Below, in pieces: positions 57,661 through 64,000 of a stretch of DNA of 64,000 nt (the first letter of the stretch is position 1; every line of letters starts with the position of its first letter). The position numbers and the translations under genes are program-made. Source of the stretch: Lentisphaerota bacterium (GTDB lineage: Bacteria > Verrucomicrobiota > Lentisphaeria > Victivallales > UBA1829); the NCBI GenBank assembly GCA_015061915.1, contig SUVR01000005.1, positions 101,596 to 165,595 of the forward strand, given 5' to 3'. The notes beneath the pieces were generated by a model, which saw nothing but the letters and a program-made list of their open reading frames with translations, had not been told where the DNA came from and searched no databases.

Positions 57661-57688
57661 ATAATATCACAACTTCTATTTTTTTCAA
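57661..57688 (-). promoter_or_regulatory. Candidate sigma-70 promoter of the ABC/OPT-like operon
   Basis: On the minus strand: TTGAAA (57688-57683), 16-nt spacer ending TGa, TATTAT (57666-57661). Lies about 65 nt upstream of the ATG at 57595. Confidence 0.35.
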
Positions 57689-57824
57689 CCCGGATTGGAG
57701 AAAAAAACGAAAAAAACTTGTGCGCCGGAATGTGACTTTCTGGTACACAAGCTGTTATACACGCAAGAGCTGAAAAATCTTACATATTTTGCTGGCAAAA
57801 ATGCAATTTTTTCAGGAGGGGATT

Positions 57825-58367
57825 TTATTCTGCTTTTCCGGCAGGCTTTGCGATTTCCAAAACCTTGAGGACTGCCCGGTCTGTATCCGCATTTTTATTT
57901 TTCTTCTTGCGTTCGGTTTCTGCTTTCAGGCGATCAAGGCGTCCCTGCATCTGCCGGATCCGTTTTTCATACTGGCGGATCTGCTTTTCCGTGAAATTCA
58001 GATGTCTCTCAAATTGCGTGGAGATCTTGTTGCGCAATTCCTGTTCAAGCCGTTTTTTTTCAGCCTCATCCGTGGTTGCGTGGTAGCGCTGACCGATGGC
58101 GATCAGTTCCTGTTTGTGTTTTTCAAATTCTTTTTTCCAGTATGCCCGCGCCTGCTCCCGGAAGGCAGCAGGATTTTCACGGAATAATTTTTTCAGCTGA
58201 TTTTTTTCTGCATCCGGCAGCTGATCAAGAAAAGGCGGATAAGGTCTTTCTGTATGACGATGAAGACTTTTTGCCGGAGCCGGCGGAGGAGGAGCGGCAA
58301 AGGTCTGCGGAAGCAGCGCTGCAACGAAAAGCAGAGCTGAAAAATGGATGAAATATTTGCTTTTCAT
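57825..58367 (-). CDS. Secreted helical protein, Spy/CpxP-like (periplasmic stress-chaperone-like)
   Basis: Signal peptide MKSKYFIHFSALLFVAALLPQTFA followed by K/E/Q/R-rich helices. It is the third gene after the ECF sigma and anti-sigma genes. Confidence 0.45.
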   Translation of the reverse strand: MKSKYFIHFSALLFVAALLPQTFAAPPPPAPAKSLHRHTERPYPPFLDQLPDAEKNQLKKLFRENPAAFREQARAYWKKEFEKHKQELIAIGQRYHATTDEAEKKRLEQELRNKISTQFERHLNFTEKQIRQYEKRIRQMQGRLDRLKAETERKKKNKNADTDRAVLKVLEIAKPAGKAE

Positions 58368-58402
58368 AATGTTATGACTCCGTATTGCATCTTGTTCTGT
58401 TT

Positions 58403-58936
58403 TTATTTTTCAAAGGGGTTGGAAGTGAGTGCAGTGTAGCTCATATCCCATGCGGAAACGGCAGCGATATCCAGGTCGACTTCATTGAAATCATCCGAAA
58501 GATCCGAGATTTCAGTCAGGACATCGGTCCAGGCGAGATTGGATTGATCGCTTGTTGTAACTGTATTGTTTGCAAGGCGATCTGCTGAAAAACGATTTGT
58601 TTCTCCCGTGAGTTGAAGGGTGTCGGAAGCGACCGGGGACTGTTCCTGCATTGTTGTGAAACAGAGAATGGAAAAAGAGACAGCAAAAGCAGCGGCAATG
58701 CTGCCGGACCAGAAAAGGATCCGTTTTTTCTGAGCTCTCTGATTTTTTTTCAAATTCTGTCTGGCGGCAGCCATAATGAAAGAATCGATCTGTGCAGACG
58801 GAACCGCAGCGGAATGTTTCAATTCCGCTTTCAGATCTTGCATAAATGTTTCATCCTGTTTGCTTAACATCTGCTGTTCCATTTCATTTTTCTTTTGATT
58901 TTTCATAATCCCGCCTCCTTTTTTTAACTTATCCAA
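58403..58936 (-). CDS. Putative anti-sigma factor (single-pass membrane protein)
   Basis: 177 aa with one TM (ILFWSGSIAAAFAVSFSILCF). Directly downstream of, and overlapping, the ECF sigma gene. An alternative start exists at 58906. Confidence 0.5.
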   Translation of the reverse strand: MDKLKKGGGIMKNQKKNEMEQQMLSKQDETFMQDLKAELKHSAAVPSAQIDSFIMAAARQNLKKNQRAQKKRILFWSGSIAAAFAVSFSILCFTTMQEQSPVASDTLQLTGETNRFSADRLANNTVTTSDQSNLAWTDVLTEISDLSDDFNEVDLDIAAVSAWDMSYTALTSNPFEK

Positions 58937-59496
58937 CCCGAAAGTTGCGTTCTCAGCTTTTTCAAAGCGTACTGCATTCTTGCCAGGCAGGTGTTAATGG
59001 AGCATTTTTGTATGACGGCGATCTCTTTGAATGAGATGTTCTCGCATCTCATCAGGAAAACCGCTCTGATCTCCGGAGAAAGTGTCTGTACTGCCTCCTG
59101 AATCGCATCTGCCAGTTCTCTGTTCTGAATGTTTGAATCCGGCGCAAAGGATTCTGCAGCGGGAAGGATCGCCTCAAATTTTTCATCGAACTCGGACTCT
59201 GCCCGCCGCTTTCCTGCCCGGAAGAGATCGATTGTCTGGTTGTATGCGATTCGCATCAGCCAGGCGGAAAACTTTTCCCGGTTTTCATAGCGGTGCAGAT
59301 TGTCGATCGCTTTCAGCCAGGTGCGCTGAAAGATGTCATCCGCATTTGCTTTTTCCCCACGCAGCAGATTTTGCAGGTACCCGTAAAGGGGCTGCCGGTA
59401 TCTTTCATAGAGCAGATCGAAAGCCTGTGCATTGCCACCCAGATACGAGCGGATCAGCTCCTGATCAGTTTGTATGTCCGGTGTTTCTGCAGTCAT
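58924..59496 (-). CDS. ECF-type RNA polymerase sigma-70 family factor
   Basis: 190 aa. Region 2 (AFDLLYERYRQPLYGYL...DIFQRTWLKA..F.AWL.RIAYNQTIDLFR) and region 4 (FLMRCENISFKEIAVIQKCSINTCLARMQYALKKL). Confidence 0.9.
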   Translation of the reverse strand: MTAETPDIQTDQELIRSYLGGNAQAFDLLYERYRQPLYGYLQNLLRGEKANADDIFQRTWLKAIDNLHRYENREKFSAWLMRIAYNQTIDLFRAGKRRAESEFDEKFEAILPAAESFAPDSNIQNRELADAIQEAVQTLSPEIRAVFLMRCENISFKEIAVIQKCSINTCLARMQYALKKLRTQLSGWIS

Positions 59497-59514
59497 CTTA
59501 TGTGCTTCCGTTAT

Positions 59515-59967
59515 TCAATTAACGCCGGGAGGGGCGGTTTTATTGCATAATGAATGATTTTTTGCAGAAATGTGCGCTTCAGCCAGTAATTTTGCCAGAG
59601 GCAGATCAGCAGGCAGGAGATTTTCTTCGTGAATGGAACCGGAGGGGACCCATTTGATCTCCTGATTGTCCAACGGTGCAGGCGGCGGGGAATCGGAGGT
59701 GATGAAACAGCGGATAAAGAAAACCCGCACGAATTTATCGGGATAATGGTGTTCGAGAACATGGATCCGGTCATAAGGGATGACTTTGATCCCCAATTCT
59801 TCACGGATTTCTCTCACGATGCACTGTTCCGGCGTTTCCCCCGGCTCACACTTTCCACCGGGAAATTCCATAAAATCAGCGAGAGACGAGTTTTTCGGGC
59901 GGCTGCAGAGAAGAGTGTAACCATTTTTCCGGATCACGGCAGCGGCGACATCGATCCGTTTTGTCAT
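59515..59967 (-). CDS. NUDIX hydrolase, MutT (8-oxo-dGTP diphosphatase)-like
   Basis: From M at 59967: MTKRIDVAAAVI... with Nudix box FPGGKCEPGETPEQCIVREIREELG. ATGA overlap with the upstream gene. Confidence 0.85.
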   Translation of the reverse strand: MTKRIDVAAAVIRKNGYTLLCSRPKNSSLADFMEFPGGKCEPGETPEQCIVREIREELGIKVIPYDRIHVLEHHYPDKFVRVFFIRCFITSDSPPPAPLDNQEIKWVPSGSIHEENLLPADLPLAKLLAEAHISAKNHSLCNKTAPPGVN

Positions 59968-60599
59968 GACAGGGATCCATCCATGCGTTTTTTGCAATCA
60001 GCCATAAATTCTTCGTGCGCACGCGCGAAGCGGTCCATATCGGACTTTGTGAGGGATTCCAGAAACAGCTGGCGTTTTTCCTGAAATGCGGGGCAGAGTT
60101 TTGCGAGGGCGCTCTGCAGATTCCGCAGGATCTGTTCCGAGATGCTGTGGTAGAAGCAGCACTGGGTTTCCGGTCCGGGGGGCAATCCGGCGCAAATCCC
60201 CACTTTGAGATCGCAGGAACTGTTTTTTGCTTCTGCCGCGGCCTGTAACACTTTCAGGTGACGGCAGAGGAAGGAAAGGCTGCCGGTCAGATCGGAAAAA
60301 TCAGCCTGAATATGGTCTGCTTTTGTCAGCAGATCGGCATCCTTTGCCATTGTATAAGCCTCATTTGCCAGCGCGTGAAATCTGCTGTAATCCGGCTCGG
60401 TACATTTTTCCGGCGGAATGTTGCGGAGCAGATCGGTCAGGACCAGAAAAGAGGCGTCGGCACGGGCAAGCATGGGCGGAACGTTCCGGGAAATGATCGT
60501 GACATTTTCCTTGCGTTCCTGTCCGAACTCCTGCGGGGATGTCATCTGCAAAAACTTGCTTCTGAGATCCTTCAGGCGGTTTGTTTCCTGTGTACCCAT
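59964..60599 (-). CDS. Hypothetical protein
   Basis: 211 aa, soluble, several Cys, helical. No motif recognised. Translationally coupled to the MutT-like gene. Confidence 0.45.
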   Translation of the reverse strand: MGTQETNRLKDLRSKFLQMTSPQEFGQERKENVTIISRNVPPMLARADASFLVLTDLLRNIPPEKCTEPDYSRFHALANEAYTMAKDADLLTKADHIQADFSDLTGSLSFLCRHLKVLQAAAEAKNSSCDLKVGICAGLPPGPETQCCFYHSISEQILRNLQSALAKLCPAFQEKRQLFLESLTKSDMDRFARAHEEFMADCKKRMDGSLS

Positions 60600-60624
60600 A
60601 CTGTGCCGTGCGGTTTAAGAATTG

Positions 60625-61023
60625 TCAGCGCAGAACGTTTCCGGACGCCTGAACGCTCTTGTAGAAGAAGAAGGCGGAGGGAACGATCCAGGTGGAAGAC
60701 GTTTCCGTCTGCAGATCGGAAACGATCTGTGCTTTGTATCTTGCCTTGGCGTACTTGGTCAGGAGCTGGACCGCATTGCCGGGGGTGACGGTGTCTTCAA
60801 ACATTCTGCATTCGCCTTCGATTCTGCTGCTGCCGGAGAAAATGGGGAAGTTGAAAACATAGATACCCCAGATGTCCACATTGATGTGACCCATGGTTTC
60901 GTAGTTTGCTTCCGTGGTCAGTTTGACATCGTTCAGGTCATTGCCGAGACGGACGGAAGAGCAGGCGCTTGTCATAGCGATCGCCGCGATCAGTGCAGTG
61001 CAAAACAGAATTTTCTTGAACAT
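60625..61023 (-). CDS. Putative lipoprotein
   Basis: 132 aa. MFKKILFCTALIAAIAMTSAC is a signal peptide with a lipobox-like cysteine. Confidence 0.55.
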   Translation of the reverse strand: MFKKILFCTALIAAIAMTSACSSVRLGNDLNDVKLTTEANYETMGHINVDIWGIYVFNFPIFSGSSRIEGECRMFEDTVTPGNAVQLLTKYAKARYKAQIVSDLQTETSSTWIVPSAFFFYKSVQASGNVLR

Positions 61024-61139
61024 TTTTCATGTCCTCCAGTTTGTTATGTTTTTGTTTTGATGAGTTTTCTTTCCTGATAATAAACTGTCAAAAGCGGGAA
61101 AATCAAGTCCGGAACGGGAAAAAATCCCGTTTTTTTGTG

Positions 61140-62420
61140 TTACCGCTTGATGAATGCCCGTTTTGCGATGTCGCTGCGGTATTGCACATCCTGCCAGGAG
61201 ATCTTGCGGACAGCTTCATACGCACCGGCAACAGCTGCTTCCATCGTCTCACCCACATTGGCGACCACGAGGACGCGACCGCCGGAGTTGGTCAGGGTGT
61301 CGCCTTCCATCTTTGTTCCGGCGTGGAACACAATGGAGCCGTTCTTTTCCGCATCTGCGATCCCGGAGATGGCGTGACCTTTGCTCAACGGACCGGCAGG
61401 ATAACCACCGGATGCCATCACGATACAGGCAGAGGGCTTTTCCGTCCAGACCAGTTCGGCTTCCGCCAATTTGCCGGTGGCAGTTTTATAAAGGGCGTCG
61501 AAGAGGCTGCTTTCCAGACGGGGCAGGATCGCTTCTGTTTCCGGGTCGCCGAAACGCACGTTGAATTCCAATACTTTGGAACCCTGTGCCGTGACCATGA
61601 TCCCGGCGTAGATGATCCCGCGGTAGAGGAACCCTTCCGCCTGAACGCCTTTCAGGAACGGCGTTAAAACATTTTCCGTGACTTCATCCATGACCGCCTT
61701 GGTAACGACCGGAGCGGGGGAGTAGGCACCCATACCGCCGGTATTTGGACCCATGTCGTTATCCAGCAGTCGCTTGTGGTCCTGGGAGCTGACCAGAGGA
61801 ACAATGGTGTTGCCGTCCGTGAGGGCGAGAATGGAGGCTTCTTCGCCGATGAGCAGTTCTTCAATGACCACTCTTGCACCGGCAGAACCGAAGGCACCGT
61901 CGAAGCAGATTTCCACGGCATCCAGTGCTTCCTGTTCGTTTGCCGCCACGATCACGCCTTTGCCTGCCGCCAGACCATCCGCCTTGACCACAACGCCGCG
62001 ACCGGCAGCGTATTCTTTTTTGACGTATGCAATGGCATCTTCCCGGTTGTCAAAGCTGCCGTAAGCGGCAGTGGGGATCCCGTACTTCATCATGAACGCC
62101 TTGGAAAAATCCTTGCTGCCTTCCAGACGGGCGCCGTCTTTGGAGGGACCGAAGACCGGGATCCCTTTCGCACGGACTGCATCCGCCACGCCGAGGCAGA
62201 GGGGAACTTCCGGCCCGACCACGACCAGACCGATATTCTTTTCTGCAGCAAAGTTTGCGATCGCATCGATCTCTTCCACCTTGATGGGGACCAGTTCGGC
62301 AATCTCGCCGATCCCCGGATTGCCGGGTGCGCAATAAAGTTTTCCGGTTTCGGGGCTGAGTTTCAGTCCGCGGCAGATCGCGTGTTCACGGCCGCCGTTA
62401 CCAATGACAAGTACATCCAT
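61140..62420 (-). CDS. purD: Phosphoribosylamine-glycine ligase
   Basis: MDVLVIGNGGREHAI.., an ATP-grasp core, and ..GGRVL.V.. near the C-terminus. 426 aa. Confidence 0.95.
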   Translation of the reverse strand: MDVLVIGNGGREHAICRGLKLSPETGKLYCAPGNPGIGEIAELVPIKVEEIDAIANFAAEKNIGLVVVGPEVPLCLGVADAVRAKGIPVFGPSKDGARLEGSKDFSKAFMMKYGIPTAAYGSFDNREDAIAYVKKEYAAGRGVVVKADGLAAGKGVIVAANEQEALDAVEICFDGAFGSAGARVVIEELLIGEEASILALTDGNTIVPLVSSQDHKRLLDNDMGPNTGGMGAYSPAPVVTKAVMDEVTENVLTPFLKGVQAEGFLYRGIIYAGIMVTAQGSKVLEFNVRFGDPETEAILPRLESSLFDALYKTATGKLAEAELVWTEKPSACIVMASGGYPAGPLSKGHAISGIADAEKNGSIVFHAGTKMEGDTLTNSGGRVLVVANVGETMEAAVAGAYEAVRKISWQDVQYRSDIAKRAFIKR

Positions 62421-62456
62421 TGTTGTTTCCTTCGGTTGATATCGTTGATTTGTTTG

Positions 62457-63110
62457 TTATTCCATGTTCAGAGGGGGCTGCAGGTGGCTTTGGATCAGCG
62501 CCCGCACCTTATCTTCATCGCCGGATGAGATGGCGTTCAGGATCTGCTGGTGGTCCTCCGTGCTGCGTCTGACCCATTGGGGCGTCTGGTAATTTTTACG
62601 GAACTCCTGACGGAAGATCGTATAAAGCACGTTCGAGTACAGTTTCAGCACGCTGTTGCCGGAGACCGCCAGCAGCTGCAGGTGAAATTCACGGTCCAAG
62701 GCGTCCGCCCGGACCGGATCTTCCGCCGATTGTTTCATCTCATTGATGATGTTCTGCAGTTTTTCCGTGGATTCCCGGTTGATCCGTTTGATGAGCAGGG
62801 GCGCAACAGAAAGTTCCAGGGCGATCCGTGCCTCCAGCAGGTCGGAGTAGGGCAGCTGTGCCAACTGAAAACAGAGCGTCATATCATTCTGCAGATTGGC
62901 GTAAGGGACTTCACAGATGAAGGTGCCACGCTTCTTGACGCGGGAAAGCAGCCCCAGGTGGGAAAAGTGCATCAACACTTCCCGGATGTCGCCGCGGGAG
63001 ATGCCGAACTGTTCCGCCAGCTCCATTTCGCCGGGCAGTTTATCGCCGGGTCCGAAGCCGTTACCGGTCAGATATTCCCGGAATTTCTGTAAAATTTCAG
63101 TCTTATTCAT
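62457..63110 (-). CDS. GntR family transcriptional regulator (FadR/FCD subfamily)
   Basis: N-terminal wHTH LPGEMELAEQFGISRGDIREVLMHFSHLGLL followed by a helical FCD-like C-terminal domain. Confidence 0.9.
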   Translation of the reverse strand: MNKTEILQKFREYLTGNGFGPGDKLPGEMELAEQFGISRGDIREVLMHFSHLGLLSRVKKRGTFICEVPYANLQNDMTLCFQLAQLPYSDLLEARIALELSVAPLLIKRINRESTEKLQNIINEMKQSAEDPVRADALDREFHLQLLAVSGNSVLKLYSNVLYTIFRQEFRKNYQTPQWVRRSTEDHQQILNAISSGDEDKVRALIQSHLQPPLNME

Positions 63111-63299
63111 CGTTTCTGATCATTGATCCATTGTTTTTTTCAATCACCATACTATATTTATTATATCGTTTTTTTCAACCGGCACAACGGATTTTTTTCA
63201 AAAAAAGCTGCGCCTTTGCAATAAAAAAGGAAAAAGTGCGTTATAGAGGAAATAAGTTAGTTTGAAAATCAAAATATTTTTCAGAGAAGGAGTGATGTT

Positions 63300-64000
63300 A
63301 TGAATTGGAAGAAACTGGGCATTTACACGGCAAGTGTTGCAGGGATCGCGGCGATCTGTGCAGGGGGATATGTGCTTTACGGAAAATTTTTCGGCAGCAG
63401 CGAGAAAGTGGAGTATATTCTGCAGAAGGCATCCCGAAACGATCTGGAGCTGACCATTGCCGCCACCGGGACCGTGGAACCGGAAGAGTTGGTGAATGTG
63501 GGTGCGCAGGTGGGCGGTATGATCACCACCCTCGGCACGGATGCCAACGGGAATACGGTCAATTACGGTTCGGAAGTGAAGGCAGGTATGGTGCTTGCCC
63601 GGATCGATGATGCGTTGTATCAGACGGAACTGCAGTCCGCCAAAGCCCAGTTGAAACAGGCGGAGGCGCAGCAGAAACAGGCGCAGACGCAGAAAAAACA
63701 GGCGGAAGCCCAGCTGAAACAGGCGCAGGCGCAGAAAAAGAACGCAGAAGCGGGGATTCTTCAGGCGAAAGCAAAAGTTTCCGAAACGATCGCCAATCAG
63801 AAAAAAGTGGATGTTTCCCTGAAAAAGACGGAACTTGCCTGGGAACGGGCAAAAAATCTGCATCGCGGCAATGCGTCCACAGACAGCGAGTTTGAAGAAG
63901 CGGCGGCGGCATATCTTTCCGCCAAGACCGAAAAAGATGCAGCTGCGGCAGCGGTGGAATCGGCAAAAGCAAACCTGACAGCGGCGGAATCGGCGTTGCA
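63300..64000 (+). CDS. HlyD/MacA-family periplasmic adaptor (membrane fusion protein), 5' part; continues past the right edge
   Basis: Own translation from ATG 63300 (RBS AGAAGGAG): MNWKKLGIYTASVAGIAAICAGGYVLY...LELTIAATGTVEPEELVNVGAQVGGMI...ARIDDALYQTELQSAKAQLKQAEAQ... shows TM anchor, lipoyl-like and coiled-coil hairpin regions. No stop in the window, so it is absent from the track. Confidence 0.8.
   Translation, partial: MNWKKLGIYTASVAGIAAICAGGYVLYGKFFGSSEKVEYILQKASRNDLELTIAATGTVEPEELVNVGAQVGGMITTLGTDANGNTVNYGSEVKAGMVLARIDDALYQTELQSAKAQLKQAEAQQKQAQTQKKQAEAQLKQAQAQKKNAEAGILQAKAKVSETIANQKKVDVSLKKTELAWERAKNLHRGNASTDSEFEEAAAAYLSAKTEKDAAAAAVESAKANLTAAESAL

Noticed and set aside
43589-57824. 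Possibility that the ABC/OPT-like operon is a tRNA-Gln-integrated genomic island
   Set aside because: No integrase or recombinase gene is present. I found no direct repeat of the tRNA 3' end near 57.6-57.8 kb. The operon's base composition looks similar to the flanking housekeeping genes by eye.

Overview
64-kb chromosomal window with dense coding: about 57 protein genes and one tRNA-Gln, with no rRNA, CRISPR array, transposase or integrase. A prepilin-type DUF1559 (H-X9-DG) protein suggests a PVC-superphylum bacterium (Lentisphaerota, Planctomycetota or Verrucomicrobiota-like); this is inference only. Housekeeping genes include leuCD, ispF, coaE, rho, prmA, ruvB, tkt and purD, plus an ntrBC-like pair and an ECF sigma/anti-sigma pair. 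Two accessory blocks stand out. (1) A 13-kb surface-glycan locus at 13.1-26.2 kb encodes a Wzz/BY-kinase-like protein, a split GT-C, a priming transferase, two GT2 enzymes, glf, a Wzy-like protein, a GT52-like putative sialyltransferase, wzx, neuA and neuB, with a visibly AT-richer core. (2) A ~13.9-kb, eight-gene minus-strand operon at 43.7-57.6 kb holds two paralogous MacB/FtsX-type ABC modules. Each module is paired with an OPT-superfamily-like polytopic membrane protein, and one permease is a 1797-aa fusion carrying a degenerate M28/PA peptidase-like ectodomain. No adaptor, outer-membrane or binding-protein gene is present. This operon is my best candidate for an undescribed system. Also notable: Rho has a ~300-aa N-terminal extension with an AT-hook and an N/Q/G-rich prion-like repeat; near-identical ~150-bp structured inverted repeats sit in two convergent intergenic regions and bracket a 22-kb segment; several nested palindromic terminators are present. 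Many long ORFs in the track are antisense artefacts of real genes. All calls come from by-eye motif recognition; no searches were run.
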